From Narcine bancroftii (taxonomy: Eukaryota), in NCBI RefSeq assembly GCF_036971445.1, contig NC_091470.1, positions 190,402,001 to 190,466,000 of the forward strand: a stretch of DNA of 64,000 nucleotides. Direction: 5' to 3'. Below, piece by piece: positions 46,591 through 57,599 of this stretch. The stretch's first letter is position 1, and every line of letters starts with the position of its first letter. The notes below the pieces were generated by a model. It saw nothing but the letters and a program-made list of their open reading frames with translations. It did no database searches and was not told where the DNA came from. A program made the translations under genes and the position numbers.

Positions 46591-48114
46591 TTGAAATTCA
46601 AACAGTTTGATAGATTCAGTGGTTGCTCAGGATCAGGGTAGAACAGATTCTCTCGGACTATTAGTAAGTGAAAAATACGACAGGACTTGGAGGGATCTCA
46701 CAGAGACATCAAACGTTATGGAAGGAGTAGACAAGATGGAAGCAGGGCAGTTGTTTAAAGTGGCAAGTGAGACTAGAATTAGGGGACATGGCCTCAATCA
46801 GTAGATTTTGGATGGAGCTGAGGAGGAACTGCTTCTCCCACAGTGTAGTGAATTTTTGGAACTCTCTACCCGAGGAATCAGTAGAGGCTGGCTCAATTAA
46901 TGTATTTAAGACACAGATGAAGAGATTTTTGTCAGAGAAACTGAGGGTTATGGCCAGATCTGCGTTGGAATGTGTACAGTCGTGCGTTTTGGTTGAGAAA
47001 AAAAATTATCGGCCAGACTATTTCTAATTGGGGAGAAAATTGACAATATCCAGATGCAAAGGGAACTGGGAATTCTTTTATAGGATAGTCGGAAGGTAAA
47101 CTTGCAGGTTGAGTTGGTGGTGAAGAAGGCAGATGCAAAGCTGGCGTCCATTTCAAGAGGAACACAAGAGCAGGGATGTGATGGTGAGGCTTCATCAGGT
47201 ACTGGTGAGACTTCACGTGGAGGATTGTGAGCAGTTCTGGGCTCCTCATTTATATGTGCTGAAGCTGGAGAGGGGTCAGAGATTCCAGGAGTGAAAAGGT
47301 TATCGTACAAGGACCGTTTGACAGGTCTTGGCCTGTACTCGGTAGAATTTAGGAAAATGAGGATCTCCTTGAAGCATTTCAAATGTTGAAAGGCAGGGAG
47401 AGAGTAGATGCAACACTTCACTTGTGAATCTGTGGGTGTCACCTACTGCATCTGGTGCTCCCGTTGTAGTCTCCTCGACATCAGGGAGACTGGACGCAGA
47501 CTGGGAGACTGCTTCACTGAGCACCTTCGCTCCGTCTGCTGCAATACCCCAGGTATCCGGCACCTGTGGGAATTGGTAGATGCCTGATCAGTGAATTTTC
47601 CAGTTGTTCGTGATTGTGTGGATTGGCGAATTCACAGTGAGTCTCACCAATTTTAAACCTGTATATTTTATCAATGTATTTTCTGTGATTTTTTTTGTCG
47701 GCTGCTTGAATTCCAGATAATAGGGGTTATTACTCTATTCTGTCTGGGCACTCTCCAACCAGACGGAATTAACATCAACATCCAATTTCCGTTAACCCTT
47801 CCATCCCCAAGCCTATCTTTCCCTGTCCCTCTGTTTCCCCCTCCCATTAGAGAGCTACCCTTCCCCATCACTTCTCACCTTTTCTCGCTTCTACCTCCCA
47901 CCTTCATTCTTTCCCTTCAGATGTAACAACATGGCTTCCCCTTCGCCACCATCAACTCAGCCCTTAGCCGTATCTCGTCCATTTCCAGCTCATCTTCTCT
48001 GGCCCCCTCTGCCCTCAGATGGAATAAATACAGGATTCTCCTTGTCCTCACCTACCACCCTATCAGCCTCCTCATCCTACACATTATCCTCTGTAATTTC
48101 TGCCACATACAACC

Positions 48115-48978
48115 TGTTATGTATGGAGGAAACGTGGCCTTCCTGCACACCTGGAATGTGTGTATTGCAGGTGGTCACATGTAACTTCCAAATAAGTTCC
48201 AGACATCACCTGTCAATCAAGGTAAAGGTAAAAGGTAAAGTTCCATTATTGTCATGTAACACTACATTTTTTTTAAGAATGTAACATACATGAAATTCTT
48301 TAACTTTTGTCTACCATCAGGCAGACAGTGTGGCCATTTTGTCCAAGCGCCCCTCACGGAAACCTACAGCACCTGGTAGTCTCCCCTCCAGGCACTGACC
48401 AGTCCTGCTTCCGAGTTCAGACAATCCCAGGTGTATTCAGGCTATTAGGTGCTGAGGGTTGGACTTGGCCACCCGTTAGTGCACATCTTGCCATTGGCCA
48501 ATTTAAATCACCTAGGGTCATTATTGGCTTGCAGCATAGATTAGCACTCTATATAGTCCCAGTACACAGCACATTTTCTTTCTCTCTGCCTCATGTCCAA
48601 GCCCCAGACGCTGCTCCATGCTAGATCGCTACCGTGGATGTCGTGGGAAAGGCGTGCACTGCACTGAAGCTGAGTATTGTGCTAGATCAATACTTGCAGT
48701 GCATCTGTATCCCTGTGGATCAGGGAACCGAGACTGTGTGTAGGAGTCCCTGTTTCTAGTAGGTGAGCGGGATCGAATATAGGTTTACCGTTGTCAGAGT
48801 CCAACTGATGTCCAAGGTGAGTGTCTGTATCGTCGCTTACATGAATTAGTAATTGTGTACCAGTTGATGTTCTCCCCTGTTTGTTTCTCGTGTTAATAAA
48901 AGTTACATGTGATTCTAACACTTGAGTCCAGACTCGTCTCTCTGTGAATCTCCCAACCCTGATATTCTTAACAAAACA
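48115..48978 (+). mobile_element. solo LTR, same family as 62426-63089, inserted in a Penelope remnant
   Basis: TG...CA ends; shares GGAGGAAA..TGGCC, CATCACCTGTCAATCAA and GCCATTGGC.AATT.AAATCAC blocks with the 62.4-kb copy; AATAAA at ~48895. No clear TSD. Confidence 0.7.
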
Positions 48979-50240
48979 CTCCCTTGTCCACCATCCCCTC
49001 CCATTAATTGCCCCCTCGGCACCTTCCCCTCCGGCCAAAGAGAGTGCCACATTTGCACCTACACCTCCTCCCTCACCACCATTTAGGCCCCAAACAGGCC
49101 TTTCAAGTGAAGCAACACTTCACTGGTGTACCCACAAGAGACGTCTACTGCACCCTGGGCTCCCGTTGTGGCCTCCTCTACATCAGAGAGACTGGGCACC
49201 AACTGGGAGATACCTCACTGAGCACCTTCGCTCTGTCCGCATCAGTGACAGGGAACTCCCAGTGGCCAACCATTTCAATTCTGAACTCCGTTCCCATACT
49301 GACATGTCTGTCCATGGCCTCATGGACAACCAAGACCACCTGTAAAGAGGAGGAGCAACACTTAATTTCCATCTGGGCCCTCTCCAACCAGACACCATTA
49401 ATTGTCTTCTCCAGTTTCTGCTAGACCATTCTTCATTCTCCCTCCCTCCCCTTTCCGTTTGTCTTCTTCTCTCAGCTCTCCCCACCCCCTTTCCTTCTCT
49501 ATTCATAGAAGCCATTCCTCCTCCCCGTTGGCTGTTGTGCCCTCCTTCCCTTTCCCACCTATTACCTCCTGCCCTCGAGACTGTGCTCCTCCCCCTGCCC
49601 TTCCCCCCACCATTTTGTTCGGGCACCTGTCTACATTTTGACAAAGGGTTCAAGCCTGAATAGTTGGTTCTGTATCTTTACCTTTGCTACATAAAGGACA
49701 CTATTTGACCTGCTGAGTTTCTCTGGGTTGTGTTTTTGCTTCAACCGCGGAGTCCGCAGACTCGTGTTTTATTCCAACCTCTTCCCTGTTCTTGTCCCCC
49801 TGCCCCTCCCTCTCCTCCTGCCCCCTCCCACCCCACCTTTTTATTCAAGCTCCTGCCTGTTTTTTGCTTATACCTGACAAAGGGCCCGGGCTCAAACCCT
49901 TACTTCCTTTGCCACCTGCTGAGTTTCTCCAGCACATTAGTGTGTTCCACCTGACCCCAGCATCTGCAGACTTTCCTGTTTAACAGGAAGATCATTTTAC
50001 CTTGATTAATCAGCTATGGCTGTGGGTTTGTGAAAATTTGCACCTCGCTTTAGAAATAAAAGAATATTAAGATGCAAAAATGGATTGATGAACCTTAATA
50101 AAAAGGCTCAGGTTTGAATTAAAGTGACAGTAAATCTCCGAGTTAAACAGGAAATGCTGTCTACCTGGCCAAAGGGCTCAGGCCCGAAATGTTGGCTACC
50201 CTTTCTGTCCTCTGCGTGACCTGCTGAATTTCCTCAGCCC
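48979..50240 (+). mobile_element. Penelope-like element 3' region with tandem pseudo-LTR tails
   Basis: CGLLYIRETGHQLG and EQHLI motifs; three AAAGGG.TCA.GCC(C)GAA...ACCTGCTGA tails at ~49640, 49875 and 50165. Confidence 0.82.
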
Positions 50241-50339
50241 TTTTGAGTGTTGCACAAAATCCTCAAGATGTGTGGTTCCTCAAAAGCATTGGGTGTTCAG
50301 GCTCTGCTCAAATCACTTTCTGAAAATAGCACTGAATTC

Positions 50340-52490
50340 TCTACTATCCCGCAAAGCTGCCGCTAGAGGTTCCAGGCGAAGATCAAAAGGCAAAGGGGCT
50401 TAGCGGGCAGACTTGCCGAGCTCGCCTAATTTTTGATTGCTGCACATTTGAGCGTATTGAAGCCATTGGGCATAAATACATTTGTTTAATCCACTTAATA
50501 AAAATTGGTACTTTCAGAAAGGGATTTGAACATAAAGTTTTCCAATATGCAGATGATCTTTCATTCTTTCTTTCTAACCCCAGGACTTCATTACTGATAA
50601 TATTATCATTGTTCGTTTTATTTAGTACATTTTTGGGGTATAAAATAATTTTTCATGAGTGAATTATTACCCATTAATGGATCTTTAACGTTTTATGCCA
50701 ATTTCCCTTTCAAACTAGTTAAAAACCAGTTTAAATATTTGGGAATTACAATGACAAAGAGTTACAAGAATTTATTAAAACTTTTCAGGCCTACGTACAC
50801 AGACTAAAGAACGGGTTGTCGGGATGCAATTCAATGATTGGATGTATCAATGCAATTAGAAAACATTTTACCTACATTTTTGTATATTTTTTATCTAATT
50901 TCGTTCTTAAAATTTATTTTGACACGTCAGATTTTACTATTTTGTCTTATATTTGGCAGGACGAACAACCTGCTATAAACAAAACATCTTTGAAGAAGTC
51001 AACGTTCTCTCCCAAACTTTAGCTATTATTATTGGACAGTCATTGTTATGGTGGCGAACCTCACCACTCCATTATCGAACTGGCATCCGTAGTTGCGGGA
51101 CCCTGCTGGATGGCCGGGGGCATAAAGAACTTTGGGAGGTGCGTGAGTACAGAGGTTGGGTGATGGCGCCAAATGTAATTATTTACACTCCTGCGAAGAT
51201 TCCATCAAAGAGTTCCATTGCTTCAGCTCACAGGCAACTTCTGGGATGGTTTATTCACTGCACCACTCGCCACATGATTACATTTTGATACTTTAGATGA
51301 TTGGTGGAAACGGAATTGAACTTTTCAAAAACGTTAGCTATGTTGGCAGTCTTACGTTCTTCCTTACCCCTTTTCACTTTTGAGATTAACAGACAATCCA
51401 ATCATGAGACATAGATTCAGGATATGGGCACAATTTAGAAGATTTTTTGGTCTTCTTAATATTTCCATATGCAGCCCTATGATTAACATTCATCTTTGTC
51501 AGCCTTCTTTATACTGCATGCTGGTTTTAGAGAATGGGTTGGACTGGGTTTTAAGAGTTTTAGGGATTTGTATATCAGAGGTAACTTTGCATCATTTGAA
51601 CAGTTAACAGTTAAATTTAGTCTTCCCAATAGGCATTTTTTTTTAGATATTTACAAATTAGGCACTTTGCCCAATCTAAACTTTCTAATATTCCCTGAGT
51701 TCCCAAAACCAATGTTCTGGATTTACTTTTTATAAAATTTCCTCAAGGCGGCTACCATTTCTAAACATCTGTTGGATCTAAAAATGGGTTCTGGCAATGC
51801 AATTAGAAGGGAATGGGAAAGAGATTTAAATCTCTCTATTTTAGCTACGCTCGACTTGATCAAGAATATCTCATTTTGTGCATGACATTGTCTATTGTAA
51901 TTGCAAGTGGTTTATAGAATACACTGGTCTAAGGTATTTATTCTGACATGGATCCAACATGTGACAAATGTAGAATTCATGAGGGATCACTGGTTCATAG
52001 GTTTGGGAGTGTCCAAAACTGAGAGAGATTTGGAGATGAATTTTTCAGCCCATTTCAGAGATCCTTGGGATCGCGGTAGATCCCTGGGATCGCGGTAGAT
52101 CCCTGGGATCGCGGTAGATCCCTGGGATCGCGGTAGATCCCTGGGATCGCGGTAGATCCCTGGGATCGCAGTAGATCCTTGGGATCGCGGTAGATCCTTA
52201 GGATCGTGGTAGATCCCTGACCCTGTATTGGTTATTCACAACAGAAAAATATTTCCTTGAACCGAACTCAGAGAGGAGTTGTAGCCTTTACCTCGTTGAT
52301 AACCAGATGAACAACTTTGATTAAATGTAAGGGTGGTCTAACACTAACACACATATGTCAGATACAGATATCATGTCTTGTTTGAGCTTGGAGAAAATCA
52401 GATAAACTATGAAAGAAATGATGATTGAATTCGACAACGTATGTGCCCCATTCATGGATTACTAACACAATACGATTACATAGGCTTGAG
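50340..52490 (+). mobile_element. L1/Tx1 ORF2 remnant (RT to C-terminus), highly decayed
   Basis: IEAIG...YADDL at ~50547, FKYLGI, and the LQVVYRIHWS C-terminal motif. Confidence 0.75.
52060..52218. repeat. 19-bp self-complementary tandem repeat (GGGATCGCGGTAGATCCCT), about 8 copies
   Basis: Directly visible; each unit has GGGATC/GATCCC arms. Confidence 0.95.
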
Positions 52491-52589
52491 TGCTCGATGT
52501 GCAGAGGCAAAACTCAATCCCTGGCTTATCTCCCCATTTTAAAAAAAATTTGCTGTTGACCGTGTTTAGTGGGAGGGGTAGAATGGCAA

Positions 52590-52945
52590 GTTATATGGTG
52601 AGATCTCCACTGGCCACCAAGACAGAGGTGCAGCAAAGAAGAGGTACAAGGACTGCTTAAAGAAATCTCTTGGTGCCTGCCATATTGATCACTGCCAGTG
52701 GGATGATATTGCCTCAAACCGTGCTTCTTGGCGTCTCACAGTTGGGCGGGCAGCAACCTCCTTTGAAGAAGACCGCAGAGCCCACCTCACTGACAAAAGA
52801 CAAAGGAGAAAAAACCCAACCAACCAATTTTCCCTTGCAACTGAGCCTGCCTGTCCCGCATCGGACTTGTCAGTCACAAACGAGTCTGCAGCTGACGTGG
52901 ACATACCCTCCATAAATCTTCGTCTGCGAAGCCAAGCCAAAAGAG
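52590..52945 (+). mobile_element. RTE LINE 3' end (third copy, more diverged)
   Basis: Matches 15470-15850 with deletions. Confidence 0.88.
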
Positions 52946-53189
52946 AGAGAATTAGTACCGGGGAGGGGAACTCAACGAAATGCCGGAAGAGCTCAACTAG
53001 TCTTAATACTCGGCAATATCTCTGTCTCCTTATAGACAGCTCCAGACTTTCGTGTTTCACTCTCTGAACCCTTTCCTTTGTGACTTTTATTAACTATCCT
53101 AGGTTTTTTTTTGTTTCTTGGATATTCAGACTCTGCACAGAACTATCAGTATGTAAACAGTCTAAAAAGTGGAAAATATTTTTAAAATC

Positions 53190-54330
53190 GGATTTTGTTA
53201 GTTAGAATTAAAAATGCTTGAGAACAGGATTTAAAATTGACTATATTGGATGTGGATTGGGACACAATTCTTAAGATGGTCAATCGCTCTTCACTATGTG
53301 CTTCTCATTGTTTATTACAATTTAAAGTGGTTCACACATGTCTCAAGCTAAATTATCTCATTTCTATTCAGATACGAGTTCTTATTGTGACAGGTGTAAG
53401 AGTGGAGAAACATCATTAATTCATATGTTCTGGAATTGACCTAGTCTTGAAAAATACTGGAGAGAGATTTTCCATACTTTAACATAGATTTAATACCGAA
53501 TCCTCTGGTGGCCCTCTTTGGCACAATGGGAGGGAATGATTCTTCTCTATCTCTGGCTCAGAGATGTGCAATCTCTTTTCCACGCATGTTACATTCTAAA
53601 TGTAGCATTAGGTGGCAATAATGGAACCCTTACCTTTGCCTCTCTTTTGGCGAGGAGTGCAATCTTACTTAAATAGCAGGATCCTGTCCCGCTTACTCCT
53701 GGTCAGTGGTAGCGAGACATCGCGTCCTGTTTTAATATAGAAAACATTCATTATTCAAATGATATAAGATTTTAGACTTTACGGGGGACATCATGACTCA
53801 TTTCCTTGTTTTATCATTTCATCTTAATGTCAATAAATTGTCTGACACGTATCTTTTCCAATATTTTTCACATTTTTTAAACCTTCATTTTTCTTTCACA
53901 TTAATCCTACTCAACACCTGGCATCACTGTTAGGTGGGGGATTGGAGTTTTTTTCCATTTTACTATTTTCTTTTTTTTGTTTGTTCCTTTCTCTCTCAAT
54001 TTTGTTTGTCATTACTTCCTTTTTAATAAATACAGAGAAATCCCGATTTCACGTGCCCCAAGTTAATACAAATTCGGATATAATGCGATGAATCATTAGA
54101 CTCGGGTATCAGACTCCCAGGAAGATGCGGGGACCTGGGGCTCCCGGGCGATGAGATTTTTCTGGACCCCAAGATGGTGCCACATTTGGAATACATTTCA
54201 TGGATATGATTTACAGCCTGTGTATGTTTTTGTTATACTGAATGTTTAATGTACATTACCTGTACCATTTTATTGAATTATATTATCTGTATAAGTTCTG
54301 TATGAAAATCAATAAAAAATATTTTAAAAA
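53190..54330 (+). mobile_element. L1/Tx1 ORF2 C-terminal remnant with 3' UTR and poly-A signal
   Basis: VNRSSLCASHCLLQFKVVH, CDRC...LIHMFW zinc knuckle, AATAAA at ~54311. Confidence 0.7.
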
Positions 54331-55724
54331 GAAAGAAAAGTGCGAAATATATACATTGGGCAGATTTTGTGCAAAATCAACATAAAATAACCCAAACATT
54401 CATCAATAAATAATAAATTGCAGCCAAGGTTAAAAAGCAGCGGATGATTTTGAGAAAAAAAAATCTGGAAATGTCTAGCAGCCCCAGTTTCAGGTTTGGG
54501 GAGAGATTTTAATCCTTTTGTCCAATAAATAGAGTGGACACCCATTATGCTGATGAGACATCCTCATGTTTATTCAGATTTCAAACAACTGCTGTATTTT
54601 CCTTCCACGTTAAAGTACCAAGATGCACCTCTAGGTTCGAGAACAGTTTCTGTCCAACAGCTCTCAGGTTCTTGAACGTCCCCTTGTTACACTGATCCTG
54701 ACACCACAAGATAACTGTCTGCATTACTGCACATCACTTTATTTTTGCTGAATCAGGTAGCCCGCAATATTTAATGTACAACCATAGGACATAGGTCTCC
54801 GTAACCCTCGATTCCCTTCCTAATCAAGAACCTCTCTCTTAAATATAGTCAGTAACTTGGCCTCCACAGCTGTCCGTTCCAACAAATTCCAAAGATTCAA
54901 CCCCCTCTGGGTAAAGTAATTCCTCCTCATCTCTGTTCTAAAGGGACACTCCACATTGCAACATAGATACAGGCCCTGAAAAGGGAATGACATAAAATAA
55001 TTAAGGAATAAAATCATCATGAATGACAGCAGAGCATTACAACTCCTTAACAGGCCCCTGGACGGAATAAGACCAGAGGACACACGAATAGAATTAGGCC
55101 ATTCAGCCCATCGAATCCACCCTGTCATTCCATCATGGCTAATTTATTATCCTTTTCAACCCCATTCTCTCCATAACCCTTGATTCCCTTCCCTGCCTCT
55201 GCCTTAAAGGACTTGGCCTCCACAGCCGCCAACGGCATCAAATTCCATAGATTCAACCCACTCTCGGTAAAGAAATTTCTCCTCATCAGTGTCCGAAAGG
55301 CACATTATTGTGTTCTGGACCCAGACTTCCCCATATTTCAATGTTCAGTAGGTTTTCATGAGATTTCCCATCACCCCCCCCCCCCCCCACCGCCTCCCCC
55401 CCCCCACCCACCCATTCTTCTAAATAGTGGAGAGTATGGAGAATAGCTCCAGATCCATCAAACACTCCTCTTGTGATCATCCTCTCATTCCAGGGATCAT
55501 TCTGGTGAACCTCATCTGGACCTTCTCCAATGTTAACACATCTTTCCTGAGATGAGAAGCCCAAATCTGCACTATCTATAATTCTGTCAGAATTGTCTCC
55601 ATTTAATACATATTGTGTACACGATTGTTATCTTTTTACATATATACTACATGCTTGGCTGCAGCCAGTAAATATTTTGGTGCATAGGGTCATTGTATGA
55701 TGTATATGGCAATAAACGAATCAC

Positions 55725-55975
55725 AGGCAGCATGGTTTACGTAGCTGTTAGTACAGCGCTGTGACAGTGCCAACGACCGGGGTTCACATCCTGTAAGGAG
55801 TTTGTACGTTTGTCTGTGAGGAGTTTGCACGTTCTCTCCATGTCTGTGTGGGTTTCCTCCGGGCGCTCCGATTCCTTCCCACCCTCCAAAACATACGGGG
55901 CTGTAGGTGACTTGGAGTATTTGAGCAGCACGAGCTTGTGGGACAGAAGGGCCTGTTACTGTGCTGTGTGTCTAA
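55725..55975 (+). mobile_element. V-domain (HE1-like) SINE
   Basis: tRNA-like head plus the GGAGTTTGCACGTTCTCTCCATGTCTGTGTGGGTTTCCTCCGGGCGCTCCG core. Confidence 0.82.
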
Positions 55976-55989
55976 ATTTAAAATCAATA

Positions 55990-56555
55990 CTTCTTCCAGG
56001 CCCGGCTGTTCGACTGTAGAAGATGATGGTGAGACTGCACTTGGAGTACCGTGCACAGTTCTGTTCACCCTGCTGACGGAAAGATGTCATTCAACGGAAA
56101 GGGGTAGAAATGATTCACGGAGGGAGCAGTCCCTACGGAAGGCAGAGAGGGGAGTAGAGAGAAATATGTGCCTGGAGGTGGGATGGTGTTGAAGTTGGTG
56201 GAAATTACAGTGCGTTGGAGGCCGATGGGGTAGTAGGTGAGGATGAGGGGAATCCTGTGATTGTTGCGTGGGGGGGGGGGGGGGCGGGGGGCAGAGGGGG
56301 CCAGGGCAGACGAACGGGAAATGGAGGAGATGTGGGTGAGGGGTGAGTCAGTGGTGGTGGAGGGGAAGCCACGTTTGTGGAAGAAGGTGGACATTTCAGA
56401 TGTGCTGGACTGGAAAACCTCACCTTGCGACCAGATGCTGTGGAGACAGAAATTGAAGGAGTAAAATCTGCAGACCTGAGTTAAAGTAAACACGCAACGC
56501 TGGAGAGAGTCAGCAGGTCAGTGTCCTTTCTGTCGCAAAGATAAAGATATATGCG
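55990..56555 (-). mobile_element. Penelope-like element RT C-terminal remnant
   Basis: TSEMSTFFHKRGFPSTT...ISSISRSSALAP...RIPLILTYYP. Confidence 0.8.
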
Positions 56556-56581
56556 TTGTCCAGGACGATGTGAAATGTCAC

Positions 56582-56970
56582 CTTTTAAAAAATATCAGGG
56601 TCGTCCTCAACCTCTTACCTGGATGGTCTCACGGGGCTGGTGGAGGGTCCCCGGTGGTCGCGCACATCCCGCAGATCGGTGCCCTGTCGTCGATGCAGAA
56701 GACCTTCAGCCCCTCGACGAGCACCGGGCAGTGGAGCTCCGGCTCCCGCACGTCCAGCGACAGCTTCCAGACGTTCTACACCACGAAGCGGTTGGGTCTG
56801 GCCGAGTTGCGGGGCAGGCGCGTTCGGCACTGAGGGCAAGTGGCCGCGCCTCTCTCCGACCTACAGCGCTGCTCGATGCGGACATTGCGACCGCAGTCTC
56901 TGGTCACCGGCAGTGGTTCATTGACCAGAAGGCGGAGCCTGGGGGCCCGGAGGAGAAGGGCGCCCAAGCC
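56582..56970 (-). pseudogene. TRIM-family first coding exon (RING + B-box), decayed
   Basis: EPLPVTRDCGRN...TCPQCR...ARPNRFVV*NVWKL (RING remnant), CPVLVEGLKVFCIDDRAPICGMC (B-box 2), and donor AAAG|GTGACA at 56582. Zinc ligands are lost and stops are present. It lies in a CpG-rich island (~56600-57450). Confidence 0.78.
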
Positions 56971-57599
56971 CCTACGCTTCAGCCTTCTCGAACCCCCTCC
57001 GGGAACCCGCGCTGCCTGTCCTGGTCCGTGTCAATTTTCCCCGGGGGGCTCGTAAACTTGCCAGACTGCGAGAGACCCAAGTAAGCGGCAGGGCTGTCAC
57101 TGGCCCGTCTTCCTCTGCTGGCGATGGGTGCTCCGAAACCCATGTGCGGTGCATCAGACCGCCAGTGGGGCCGGAGACTCCGCACACAATTGGCGCTCAC
57201 TGGCTCCGTCGCCCGCGTCTGCTGGGCGGCACCAGGCAAAATCCACAGTCCCGGACTCAACCACATTCCCTTTGCCCTGCGGACGCCGGCAAGGCAGGGT
57301 CGGAACTCAGGGATCGACCGTCCTCCCCGTTCAAAACCAGGCGCCTCTGATGTGCCCGGCTCCTCGCTGATCGGGTGCTGAGCTGGGCTGGGGCGTTTGA
57401 AAAGAGTTTGGTGATTTCGTGGGGGTGGGAGACGGATGCGATATCAGTTCCCCACCGCTTCCGCTCACCCCACCCATTCCCCTACCGCCATCCGCTCACC
57501 CCAACCCATTCCCCGGTCAGCTCCACACTACCTCAAGCCAGCCCCACCACCCCCTCTTCCCCCCAGCTCCACATCCCCCCAGACACCTGCACACAAACC

